A stretch of DNA of 32,000 nt from positions 30,001 to 62,000 of the forward strand of contig NC_007488.2 in the NCBI RefSeq assembly GCF_000012905.2, read 5' to 3'. The DNA comes from Cereibacter sphaeroides 2.4.1 (GTDB lineage: Bacteria > Pseudomonadota > Alphaproteobacteria > Rhodobacterales > Rhodobacteraceae). This document shows positions 9,174-19,168 of this stretch, piece by piece. Every line of letters starts with the position of its first letter. The stretch's first letter is position 1. A program made the position numbers and the translations under genes. Under the pieces are notes generated by a model. The model searched no databases and had not been told where the DNA came from. It was given only the letters and a program-made list of their open reading frames with translations.

Positions 9174-9191
9174 GCAGGCCGCGTCGTTTTT
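9161..9191 (+). terminator. Intrinsic-terminator-like hairpin plus T5 overlapping the pta stop and extending just past it
   Basis: Stem CGCGGC (9161-9166) pairs with GCCGCG (9178-9183) around an 11-nt loop. It is followed by TCG and TTTTT (9187-9191). Confidence 0.5.
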
Positions 9192-9275
9192 GATGCGGAT
9201 CGCTTCGAATCCTCGACTGTGAGGAGGGGCGTTTCGCCTCCTACTCGGCGGGTGGCCGAGGGATGGAGGCGGGGC

Positions 9276-10829
9276 ATGGGCGATCTTCCGGTGAGACAGG
9301 CGCGGGCCGGAGGGCGGGGCGCGCGCCGGGCGCTGCGGGCGGCGCCCGATCTGGCGATGCTGCCCGCGCTGAAGCGCGGCCTGCCCGACTGCGCGCCGAT
9401 GTCGCCCGAGGAGGTCGAGCGCCTCGACGCGGCCTCGATGGCGATCCTCGAAGAGGTGGGCGTCGTCTTCCGCGATCCCATAGCCCTGGCCGACTGGAAG
9501 CGCGCGGGCGCCGACGTGCGGGGCGAGCGGGTGCATCTCGACCGCGGCCTCGTGCGGGCGCTGATCGCCACCATCCCCTCGGGCTGGACCTACCGGGCCC
9601 GGAACCCGGAGCGGAGCCTGCCTTTCGGCGGCCGGCACTCGATCTTCGTGCCGATGACCGGCGCGCCCTTCCTGCGCGATCTGGAGGACGTGCGCCGCTG
9701 GCCTACGCTCGCCGACCTCAACATGTTCCACAAGCTCGCGCACATGTCGCCCGCGCTGCATTCGACCGCGCACCATATCGTCGAGCCGATGGACAGGAAG
9801 GTGAGCCACCGCCACCTGCACATCACCTATTCCTCGATGAAATATTCGGACAAGACCTTCATGGGCATGACCACCAGCGGCAGGAATGCCGAGGATGTCC
9901 TGCAGATGTGCGAGATCCTGTTCGGGCGCGACGCGATGGAGGAGACGCCCGTCACCACCGGCAACTGCAACGGCAACTCGCCGCTCGTGTGGGACGAGAC
10001 CATGCTGTCGGCGATGCGCGCCTTCTGCCGCCGGAACCAGCCGGTGCTCTGCTCGCCCTTCGTGCTGGGCGGGGCGAACACGCCCGCGTCCGTCGCGCCC
10101 GCCGTGGCGCAGCTCAATGCCGAGGCTCTGTCGGCGCTCGCCTATACGCAGGTGATCCGCAGGGGCTGCCCCGCGATCTACGGCCATTATCTCTCGACCG
10201 TCTCGATGAAATCCGGCGCGCCGATGGCGGGGACGCCCGAGATCAGCCTCATGAATTTCATGATCGGCCAGATGGCGCGCTTCTACGACGTGCCGTGGCG
10301 GACCTCGAACCTCTTGGGCGGAGCCAAGACCTTCGACGCGCAGGCGGGCTACGAGAGCGCCATGACGATGAATGCGGTTCTCCATGCGGGTGCCAACTAC
10401 ATCTGGCATTCGGCGGGCTGGAACGAGGCGGGGATGCATTGCTCGGTGGCGAAATTCGTGGTGGATGCCGAGATGTGCGCCATGGGCTACCGCATGGCCG
10501 AAGGGATCCGCTGGGACGATTTCGAGGCGGGCCTCGCCGCGGTGCGCGACGTGGGGCCGGGCGGGCATTACCTCGGCCACCCGCACACGCTGGAGAATTT
10601 CGAGCGCGCCTTCTTCCTGCCCAAGCTCTTCGACAACAGCTCGATCGAGCAATGGCAGGCCGAGGGCGCGGTCGAGATCACCGAGCGGGCGCTGGCCCAT
10701 GCGCACAAGCTGCTCGCGGACTACGAGGAGCCGAAGCTCGATCCCGGCATCGACGAGGCGCTGCGGGATTACATCGCGCGGCGCGAGGCGGAGATCCCCG
10801 CCGAGGATGCGCTGAACACCGAATACTGA
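9276..10829 (+). CDS. Trimethylamine methyltransferase (MttB) superfamily protein, non-pyrrolysine type (quaternary-amine methyltransferase homolog)
   Basis: I chose the start at ATG 9276, with GGAGG at 9265-9269. The N-terminus GGRGARRALRAAP..LPALKRGLP..SPEEVERLDAASMAILEEVGVVF is typical of MttB homologs. The product is 517 aa with no in-frame TAG. Confidence 0.88.
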   Translation: MGDLPVRQARAGGRGARRALRAAPDLAMLPALKRGLPDCAPMSPEEVERLDAASMAILEEVGVVFRDPIALADWKRAGADVRGERVHLDRGLVRALIATIPSGWTYRARNPERSLPFGGRHSIFVPMTGAPFLRDLEDVRRWPTLADLNMFHKLAHMSPALHSTAHHIVEPMDRKVSHRHLHITYSSMKYSDKTFMGMTTSGRNAEDVLQMCEILFGRDAMEETPVTTGNCNGNSPLVWDETMLSAMRAFCRRNQPVLCSPFVLGGANTPASVAPAVAQLNAEALSALAYTQVIRRGCPAIYGHYLSTVSMKSGAPMAGTPEISLMNFMIGQMARFYDVPWRTSNLLGGAKTFDAQAGYESAMTMNAVLHAGANYIWHSAGWNEAGMHCSVAKFVVDAEMCAMGYRMAEGIRWDDFEAGLAAVRDVGPGGHYLGHPHTLENFERAFFLPKLFDNSSIEQWQAEGAVEITERALAHAHKLLADYEEPKLDPGIDEALRDYIARREAEIPAEDALNTEY

Positions 10830-10839
10830 TCTCCCCCCT

Positions 10840-10864
10840 GGCCGCCGATCCGGCGGCCCTTTTT
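10840..10864 (+). terminator. Canonical rho-independent terminator between the MttB-family gene and the enolase-superfamily gene
   Basis: Stem GGCCGCCG (10840-10847), loop ATC, stem CGGCGGCC (10851-10858), then C and TTTTT (10860-10864). Only 19 nt separate the T-run from the next ATG (10884). Confidence 0.7.
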
Positions 10865-10883
10865 CCTTCGCGAGACGCTCTCC

Positions 10884-11990
10884 ATGAAGATCACCGAACT
10901 GCATCTCTACGCCCACCCGCTGCCGGTGCGCGACGGCCCCTACCGCATGGCCAGCACCGAGGTCTGGTCGCTCGACACGACGCTGGTGAAGCTCGTGACG
11001 GACAGCGGCCTGATCGGTTGGGGCGAGACCTGCCCCGTGGGGCCGGTCTACCAGCCGCAGCATGCGGCGGGCGCCCGGGCCGCGCTGGCCGAGATGGCGC
11101 CGGGCCTGATCGGGGCCGATCCGCTGCAGCCCCTGCGGCTGCAACGGCGGATGGACGGGCTCCTGAACGGGCACCGCTATGCCAAAGCCGCCATCGACAT
11201 CGCGGCGCACGACCTGATGGGCAAGGCCTGGGGCGTGCGGGTGGCCGATCTTCTGGGCGGCGCGGTGACCGAGCGGGTGCCCTCCTACTATGCCTCGGGC
11301 GTGGGCGAGCCCGACGAGATCGCCCGCATCGCGGCCGAGCGCGCGGACGAGGGCTATCCGCGGATGCAGGTCAAGATCGGCGGCCGCCCGGTCGAGATCG
11401 ATATCGAGACGATCCGCAAGGTCTGGGAACGGGTGGGCACCCGGATGCGGCTGGCAGTGGACGGCAACCGCGGCCTCACCACGCGCGATGCGCTGCGCCT
11501 GAGCCGCGAGTGCCCGGAGATCCCCTTCATCCTCGAGCAGCCCTGCAACAGCATCGAGGAGATCGCCGCGATCCGCGGCCAGCTGCATCACGCGGTCTAT
11601 CTCGACGAGACGGCCGAGGATGTGGCGACCGTGCTGCGCGCGGTGGGGCAGGGGGTCTGCGACGGCTTCGGCATGAAGGTCACGCGGATCGGCGGCCTCC
11701 GCCCGATGGCGGTCTTCCGCGACATCTGCGAGGTCCGCTCGATGCCCCACACCTGCGACGACGCCTGGGGCGGCGACATCATCGCGGCCGCCTGCACCCA
11801 TATCGGCGCCACCGTCCAGCCGCGGCTGATGGAGGGGGTCTGGCTGGCCCAGCCCTATATCGAGGGCCATTTCGACCCCGAGAACGGCCTGCGGATCGAG
11901 GGCGGCCACATCCGCCTGCCCGAGGGGCCGGGCCTCGGGATCGTGCCGGACGAGAGCCTCTTCGGCGCGCCGGTCGCGTCTTTCGGGTAG
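10884..11990 (+). CDS. hpbD: Enolase-superfamily (mandelate racemase/muconate lactonizing enzyme) protein resembling 4-hydroxyproline betaine 2-epimerase / proline betaine racemase (HpbD)
   Basis: 368 aa. [49 protein letters not shown] matches my memory of HpbD-type sequences. Enolase-superfamily ligand motifs are present ([25 protein letters not shown]). The context is a ProX-type importer plus a lower hydroxyproline pathway. Confidence 0.7.
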   Translation: MKITELHLYAHPLPVRDGPYRMASTEVWSLDTTLVKLVTDSGLIGWGETCPVGPVYQPQHAAGARAALAEMAPGLIGADPLQPLRLQRRMDGLLNGHRYAKAAIDIAAHDLMGKAWGVRVADLLGGAVTERVPSYYASGVGEPDEIARIAAERADEGYPRMQVKIGGRPVEIDIETIRKVWERVGTRMRLAVDGNRGLTTRDALRLSRECPEIPFILEQPCNSIEEIAAIRGQLHHAVYLDETAEDVATVLRAVGQGVCDGFGMKVTRIGGLRPMAVFRDICEVRSMPHTCDDAWGGDIIAAACTHIGATVQPRLMEGVWLAQPYIEGHFDPENGLRIEGGHIRLPEGPGLGIVPDESLFGAPVASFG

Positions 11991-11998
11991 GGGGAGCG

Positions 11999-12733
11999 AT
12001 GCAGGGGTTCGAGGGGAAGGTGGCGCTGGTGACCGGTGCCGCGGGTGGTATCGGCGGCGCGGTGGTGACGGCGCTCCGTGCCGCGGGTGCGCGCGTGGCG
12101 GTGGCCGACCGCGCGGTGGCGGGGATCGCGGCCGATCTGCATCTGCCGGGCGACCTGCGCGAGGCGGCTTACGCGGACGGGCTGCCGGGCGCGGTGGCGG
12201 CGGGGCTGGGCCGGCTCGACATCGTGGTGAACAATGCGGGCGTCATCTCCCGCGGCAGGATCACCGAGACGACGGATGCCGACTGGTCGCTCTCGCTCGG
12301 CGTCAATGTCGAGGCCCCGTTCCGCATCTGCCGCGCGGCGATCCCGCTGATGGCGGCGGCGGGCGGCGGCGCCATCGTCAATGTGGCCTCCTGCTGGGGG
12401 CTGCGGCCGGGGCCGGGCCATGCGCTCTACTGCCTGACGAAGGCCGCGCTCGCCTCGCTCACGCAATGCATGGGGATGGACCATGCGCCTCAGGGCATCC
12501 GCATCAACGCGGTCTGCCCGAACGAGGTGAACACGCCGATGCTGCGCACGGGCTTCGCGAAGCGCGGCTTCGACCCGGATCGGGCGGTGGCGGAGCTGGG
12601 CCGCACCGTGCCTCTGGGCCGCATCGCCGAGCCCGAGGACATTGCCGATGTGGTGCTGTTCCTCGCCTCGGATGCCGCGCGCTACCTCTGCGGCTCTCTC
12701 GTCGAGGTCAATGGCGGGAAGGCCGTCGCATGA
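11999..12733 (+). CDS. Short-chain dehydrogenase/reductase (SDR) family oxidoreductase
   Basis: C-terminal 244 aa of track ORF 9263..12733, starting MQGFEGKVALVTGAAGGIGG. NNAG and YCLTK (YxxxK) motifs are present. The start lies 8 nt after the hpbD-like stop. Confidence 0.88.
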   Translation: MQGFEGKVALVTGAAGGIGGAVVTALRAAGARVAVADRAVAGIAADLHLPGDLREAAYADGLPGAVAAGLGRLDIVVNNAGVISRGRITETTDADWSLSLGVNVEAPFRICRAAIPLMAAAGGGAIVNVASCWGLRPGPGHALYCLTKAALASLTQCMGMDHAPQGIRINAVCPNEVNTPMLRTGFAKRGFDPDRAVAELGRTVPLGRIAEPEDIADVVLFLASDAARYLCGSLVEVNGGKAVA

Positions 12734-13509
12734 GCCGGTTCGAGGGGCGGGTCGCGCTCGTCACCGGCGGGGGCCGCGGCATCGGGCAGGCCATCGCCCG
12801 GCGCCTCGCCTCGGACGGGGCGCGGGTCTTCACGGCGCAGCGCGGCGCGGACGCCGGGTTCGAGGCCATCGCGGCCGACTTCGCCGATGCGGACGCGCCC
12901 GCCCGCGCTGTGGCCGAGGCGGTGGATCGGGCGGGGCGGCTCGACGTCTTGGTGAACAATGCGGGCGTGATGCAGGAGGCGCGGGTCGAGGAGATGGCGC
13001 TGGCCGACTGGGAGCGCACGATCCGCGTGAACCTGACCGCGCCGTTCCTTGCGATCCGGGCGGCGCTGCCGCATCTGCGGGCCGTGCGGGGCGCCATCGT
13101 CAATGTGGGCTCCATCGAGGGGCTGGGGGCGAACCCGCGCCATGCCGCCTATTGCGCCTCGAAGGCGGGGCTGCACGGGCTGACGCGGGCGGTGGCCGTC
13201 GATCATGGCGCGGAGGGCATCCGCTGCAACGCGGTCGCGCCGGGCTGGATCGAGACGGAGCTGAACGAGGCCTTCGTGGAAGCGATGCCCGACCCCGAGG
13301 CCTTCCGGCGCGGGATCGGCCGCATCCATCCCGTGGGCCGCACGGGCCAGCCCGAGGAGGTCGCGGCGCTGGTGGCCTGGCTCGCCTCGGACGAGGCGGC
13401 CTTCGTGACCGGGCAGGTCTGGACCGTCGACGGAGGGCGGATGGCGCAGCTGAGCCTGCCGCATGAGGACTACTCGGCCGCAGCGCGCCATTCCTTCCAG
13501 CGCAGATAG
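12730..13509 (+). CDS. Short-chain dehydrogenase/reductase (SDR) family oxidoreductase
   Basis: Starts MSRFEGRVALVTGGGRGIGQ, with NNAG and YCASK motifs. ATG 12730 overlaps the stop of the preceding SDR (ATGA). The 3' end overlaps the convergent FAD-oxidase gene by 40 nt. Confidence 0.88.
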   Translation: MSRFEGRVALVTGGGRGIGQAIARRLASDGARVFTAQRGADAGFEAIAADFADADAPARAVAEAVDRAGRLDVLVNNAGVMQEARVEEMALADWERTIRVNLTAPFLAIRAALPHLRAVRGAIVNVGSIEGLGANPRHAAYCASKAGLHGLTRAVAVDHGAEGIRCNAVAPGWIETELNEAFVEAMPDPEAFRRGIGRIHPVGRTGQPEEVAALVAWLASDEAAFVTGQVWTVDGGRMAQLSLPHEDYSAAARHSFQRR

Positions 13510-14806
13510 GCCGAGGCCCCGAGGGTTGCCAGCGGCTCGGGCGGCAGGGGCGTGGGATCCGCCTCGGCGACGAAATGGCGCGTGACCGCGCTCTCGACGC
13601 CCGAGGCGAGTTCCGCCGCGCCGATCCCCGTCAGGGTGCCGCGCGTGGTGCCGAGGCCGTTCTGCACGCAGGCCGCAAAGAGCCCGGGCTCGAGCTCGCG
13701 CATCAGGGCCACGCCGTTGCGGCTGAGGCAGAGGTGGCCCGCCCAGCTGAACTCCATCCGCACGGACCCGAGGGCCGGGAAACGTTCGGCGAACTTGCAG
13801 CGGTGGACGGCGGCGGTGCGGCGGAGCGCGGCCTCGCTCGCCTCCATGCCGGGCTCGAAGCTGGCGCAGGTGCGCGTGACGATGCGGTTGCCGCCCTGCG
13901 GCCCGTCGATCCGGCGCATGGTGGTGCCCATCGGGTCCGAGGGCGTGATCCCCCAGCGCGGCGCACCGCCCAGCGTGCGCAGCGCCTCGGGGCCGAGATC
14001 CGCCGTCATCGAGGCATAGAGGAAGAGATGCATGAGCCGGCCGCGGGCGAAGCCGAAGCTCTCGATCTGGCCGTTGTTGGCGAGGATCACCTTGCCCGCG
14101 GCGATCCGGCCGTGCGGCGTGACAAGCTGCCAGCCCGCGCCCTGCCGCGCGAGCCGGAGGACGGGGCTCGTCTCGGCGATGCGCACGCCCGCGGCCCTGA
14201 GGCCCTCGGCCAGCGCGCGGATGTAACCCGCGGGCTGCAGCATCACCGTGCCCGGCGTGAAGAGCCCCGACAGGTAGTGGCGCGAGCCGGTGAGCTCGGC
14301 CATGGCCTGCGCGTCGAGCCGCTCGCTCGGCTCGCCCAGCGTGGCCAGATGGCGGGCATAGGCCGCGTTCAGCCGGTCGGCCGCGGGGCTTGCCGCGCCA
14401 TTGACCTTGCCCGCGGGGTCGAAGAAGGCGGCCGGGATGGCATGCTCCTCGACCGCCTGCCGCGCGAAGGCGATGGCCTGCCGGTTCAGCCCGATCATGG
14501 CCGCGTCGCTGCCGTGGCCGGTATAGTCGTCGGAGGCGATGTCGTGCGGCAGGTCGATCATGAAGCCCGAGTTGCGCCCCGAGGCCCCCTCGGCGATGCG
14601 GCCGGCCTCGAGCACCACGACCCGGGCGCGGGGATCGAGCTGCAGGAGCCGCCGCGCGGCCGAGAGCCCGGCAAAGCCCGCCCCCACCACCGCCACGTCC
14701 GCGGTGGCGTCGCCCTCGAGCGGCTGCGGTGCGGGCTGGCCGGGCAGGATGGCGGACCAGGCCGCCGGGCCGCGGTGGACCGGGGTCCGCCGCGCCTCGA
14801 AGCTGG

Positions 14807-14810
<4 letters not shown>
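13470..14810 (-). CDS. FAD-dependent oxidoreductase (DAO family); candidate cis-4-hydroxy-D-proline (D-imino acid) oxidase/dehydrogenase
   Basis: Real part of track ORF 13470..15806, starting MTSFEARRTPVH. The dinucleotide motif is VAVVGAGFAGLSAA. ATG (14810-14808) overlaps the stop of the upstream aldehyde dehydrogenase gene. Confidence 0.85.
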
Positions 14811-16303
<1,493 letters not shown>

Positions 16304-16304
16304 C

Positions 16305-17210
16305 TCAGGCCTCCGCGGCGATCTGGGCAATGGTCCGTTTCAGCACGCGCACGACCTGCTCCAGCTCGCGCTTGTCCTCCTTGGTCAGGGGCTTCAGCGG
16401 CGGGCGCGGGGGGCCTGCGCGCAGGCCCGCCATCTCGCAGCCGTGCTTGATGCACTGCACGAACTTGCCGCCCTGCTCGAGCACCCGCATCAGCGGCAGC
16501 AGCGCCGACATGATCCGGCGGCCCTTGGCGAAATCGCCCTCGACGGCGCAGGCCTGCCAGAGCGCCAGATGCTCGGCGGGCAGGAAGTTCGAGCCGCCGC
16601 AGACCCACGAGCGCGCGCCCCAGGCGAAGAATTCGAGCGCCTGATCGTCCATGCCGCAGGACATCTGGATGTGGGGATAATCGCGCGCCAGAAGATGGAC
16701 GCGGTTGATGTCTCCCGAGCTCTCCTTGATGGCGCAGAAGTTGCGCGACCGGCCGACGCGGTCGAGGAATTCCGCACCCATCGTCACGCCCATGCGCCCG
16801 GGGTAGTTGTAGAGCATCACCGGCAGATCGGCCGCGCGGTCGATGGCCAGCGCGTTCAGCGCATTCTCGCGCTCGGTCGGCACCGCATAGGGGGGCGAGC
16901 CCACGAGGATCGCCGCCGCGCCGATCTTTGCCGCATGTTCGGCCATGCGCAGGGAATCCTCGAGCCGGATCGCCACCGTGCCCACGATCAGCGGCACGCG
17001 GTCGCCGATCACCTCGCGGGCGAGGCTGGCCATTCCGGCGCGCTCCTCCATCGACTGGGCGTAATATTCGCCCGTCGATCCGCCATTGATGAGGCCGTGG
17101 ACGCCTGCGGCGATCAGTTGCTCGATCGCCGCGGCGAAGGCGTCGCGGTCGATGGCGCCATCCTCGCGGTGCGGCGTGATGACGGGCGTGTAGATTCCCT
17201 CGAACTTCAT
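16305..17210 (-). CDS. Dihydrodipicolinate synthase (DapA/NAL) family lyase; candidate delta1-pyrroline-4-hydroxy-2-carboxylate deaminase
   Basis: 301 aa with GSTGEY and a Schiff-base lysine context (FCAIKESSG). It is operonic with the GntR, aldehyde dehydrogenase and FAD oxidase genes. Confidence 0.85.
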   Translation of the reverse strand: MKFEGIYTPVITPHREDGAIDRDAFAAAIEQLIAAGVHGLINGGSTGEYYAQSMEERAGMASLAREVIGDRVPLIVGTVAIRLEDSLRMAEHAAKIGAAAILVGSPPYAVPTERENALNALAIDRAADLPVMLYNYPGRMGVTMGAEFLDRVGRSRNFCAIKESSGDINRVHLLARDYPHIQMSCGMDDQALEFFAWGARSWVCGGSNFLPAEHLALWQACAVEGDFAKGRRIMSALLPLMRVLEQGGKFVQCIKHGCEMAGLRAGPPRPPLKPLTKEDKRELEQVVRVLKRTIAQIAAEA

Positions 17211-17227
17211 GAAGCTCCTCTGGATCC

Positions 17228-17929
17228 TCAGGCCCCCGGCGCGCGGCCGAGCGGGCGCCGGATGCTCTCCGGTGTGACGAAACTCTCGATCTGGGCCCGC
17301 GACAGCTCCCAGTGGGCGACGGCGAGGTCGGCCGCGCCGTCGGCGTCGCCGGCCTCGATCCGCTCGATGAAGAGGTCGTGCTGGTCGGCCGCCACCGACT
17401 GGACGTCGGTCATGCCGGGGAAGCGCGGGCTGTAGAAGGTCATGCCGATCCGCGTGTGGTCGATCAGCAGCCGCCGGAGGCTCGGCGTCAGATATTCGTT
17501 GTCCGCCATCTCGCCGATGATCGAATGGAAGCGCTCGTTCATCAGCGCCCGGTCGGCGGGATTGCCGCGGCGGATCGCATCGCGGAAGGCGGCCTGCGTC
17601 TCCTTCAGCAGCGCGATCTGGTCGGGCCGGGCGTTCTCGGCGGCGAGGCGCGAGACGGCGGCATAGATCATCGGCGCGGCGAGGAAGAAATTGCGCATGG
17701 TCTTGTAGGTCATGGGCGCCACCTGCGCGCCCCGGTTCTCGTGCAGCACGAGATATCCCTCGCCCGCCATCTGGCGCAGGATCTCGCGCAGCGGCGGGCG
17801 CGAGATGCCGTAGCTCTCGGCCAGATCCGTCTCGTCGAGATAGCTTCCCGGCTCGAGCGCCTGGGTCAGGATGCGCTGGCGCAGATCCTCGATGCAGAGC
17901 GTCTTGCGGCTTTTCGTCGGGCTGTCCAC
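17228..17929 (-). CDS. GntR-family (FadR/FCD subfamily) transcriptional regulator
   Basis: GTG start (17929-17927) preceded by AGGAG with a 6-nt spacer. The HTH is AESYGISRPPLREILRQMAGEGYLV and the C-terminus is a helical FCD-like domain. The longer track ORF (to 19054) is antisense to proV and was rejected. Confidence 0.85.
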   Translation of the reverse strand: MDSPTKSRKTLCIEDLRQRILTQALEPGSYLDETDLAESYGISRPPLREILRQMAGEGYLVLHENRGAQVAPMTYKTMRNFFLAAPMIYAAVSRLAAENARPDQIALLKETQAAFRDAIRRGNPADRALMNERFHSIIGEMADNEYLTPSLRRLLIDHTRIGMTFYSPRFPGMTDVQSVAADQHDLFIERIEAGDADGAADLAVAHWELSRAQIESFVTPESIRRPLGRAPGA

Positions 17930-18005
17930 GGCTGTCTCCTGCTGGGTCCGAGGCCGCTTCCTACTGCGAACTCCGTCCACCGCCCATCCCTCTCGGAATA
18001 CAATG

Positions 18006-18057
18006 TGTCTACAGTATCGAAATACATGTTGTCTACATAGAAATTTTCTGTTTGTAG
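18006..18057. promoter_or_regulatory. AT-rich operator-like cluster in the gntR / proV divergent region: 2x TGTCTACA, a GTAT-N4-ATAC dyad and a TGTAG half-site
   Basis: TGTCTACA occurs at 18006-18013 and 18030-18037 (24 bp apart). GTATCGAAATAC is at 18014-18025 and TGTAG at 18053-18057. FadR-type GntR operators have a GT..AC core, and this is the only AT-rich stretch between the divergent operons. Confidence 0.45.
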
Positions 18058-18079
18058 TTTCAGGACAGGGGGAGTCCGC

Positions 18080-19168
18080 ATGACCAAATCCGCAAGAGAG
18101 GACGTCATCCGCTGCGAGGGGATCTGGAAGATCTTCGGCCGCAGGTCGCGTCAGGCGATGGAGGCCGTCCGCAGCGGGGGCCTGTCGAAGACCGAGATCC
18201 GGGAACGGTTCGACTGCGTGGTGGGGGTGCAGGACGCCTCCTTCAGCGTGAAGCGCGGCGAGATCTTCTGCATCATGGGCCTGTCCGGCTCGGGCAAGTC
18301 GACGCTGATCCGGCACATCAACCGGCTGATCGAGCCCACTTCCGGCTCGGTCTTCATCGAGGGGCAGAACGTCAATGCGATGAACGCCCGCGACCTGCGC
18401 GCGCTGCGGGCCCAGCGGATCGGCATGGTGTTCCAGAGCATGGCGTTGATGCCGCACCGGACGGTGCGCGACAATGTCGTCTTCTCGCTCGAGGTGCGGG
18501 GCCGGCCCGAGGAGGAGCGCGCACGGGTTGCGGCGCAGGCCATCGAGGCGGTGGACCTGACGGGATGGGAAACGAAATATCCCGACGAGCTGTCGGGGGG
18601 AATGCAGCAGCGCGTGGGCTTGGCCCGTGCCATCGCTGCCGACCCGACCATCCTGCTGATGGACGAGCCCTTCTCGGCGCTCGACCCGCTGATCCGCAAG
18701 CAGCTTCAGACCACCTTCATGGCCCTCTCGGCCGAGCTGCACAAGACCACGGTCTTCATCACCCACGACCTCGACGAGGCCATCCGCATCGGTGACCGGA
18801 TCGCGATCATGAAGGACGGGGTGCTGGTGCAGATCGGCACGCCCGAAGAGATCGTGACCGAGCCGGCCGACGAGTATGTGGCCGATTTCGTGGCCGGGAT
18901 CTCGAAGCTCGACCTCGTGTCGGCGGCGCGCATCATGCAGCCCTTCGAGCAGTATCGCCGGACGCGGCCCACGGACGGGATCGAGGCCTGGCCGGTGGCG
19001 CGCCCCGACGACAAGCTGAACCGGCTCGTCGATCTGGCGGTCGGCACCGATCATCCGATCCTCATCAAGGATGCGGACGCCGTGGTGGGTGTCGTGGGAA
19101 AGCGTGCGCTCCTGCGCGGCATCCAGGGCCGCGAGGACGCGGCCGCTTGCCAGGCGGAGGCCGTCTGA
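18080..19168 (+). CDS. proV: Glycine betaine/proline betaine-type ABC transporter ATPase with C-terminal CBS region (ProV/OpuAA-like)
   Basis: 362 aa with Walker A GLSGSGKST, signature LSGGMQQRVGLARA and Walker B LLMDEPFSALD. GGGGGAG lies upstream of ATG 18080. Confidence 0.9.
   Translation: MTKSAREDVIRCEGIWKIFGRRSRQAMEAVRSGGLSKTEIRERFDCVVGVQDASFSVKRGEIFCIMGLSGSGKSTLIRHINRLIEPTSGSVFIEGQNVNAMNARDLRALRAQRIGMVFQSMALMPHRTVRDNVVFSLEVRGRPEEERARVAAQAIEAVDLTGWETKYPDELSGGMQQRVGLARAIAADPTILLMDEPFSALDPLIRKQLQTTFMALSAELHKTTVFITHDLDEAIRIGDRIAIMKDGVLVQIGTPEEIVTEPADEYVADFVAGISKLDLVSAARIMQPFEQYRRTRPTDGIEAWPVARPDDKLNRLVDLAVGTDHPILIKDADAVVGVVGKRALLRGIQGREDAAACQAEAV

Noticed and set aside
9192-9275. Cobalamin riboswitch upstream of the MttB-family gene
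   Set aside because: The leader is only ~84 nt, far shorter than a B12 riboswitch. I saw only a simple AGGAGG/CCTCCT hairpin.
9276-10829. Pyrrolysine-encoding (amber-containing) true MttB
   Set aside because: The reading frame has no in-frame TAG, so this is a non-Pyl family member.
3261-11909. Giant 2882-aa minus-strand ORF spanning tauX through hpbD
   Set aside because: It is antisense to nine well-supported plus-strand genes. The product is Arg/Gly/Ala/Pro/His-rich low-complexity sequence with no recognisable domains. It is a classic stop-codon-poor shadow frame in high-GC DNA.
9263-12733. 1156-aa plus-strand ORF
   Set aside because: Only the last 244 codons (from ATG 11999) form a coherent SDR. 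The upstream part is out of frame with the MttB and HpbD genes and is Arg/Gly/Pro-rich.
17930-19054. Extension of the GntR ORF to 608 aa, and other antisense ORFs over proV and proW (e.g. 19051..20097 minus)
   Set aside because: They are antisense to ABC transporter genes that have Walker motifs. An SD-preceded GTG at 17929 gives a standard-length GntR/FCD protein.
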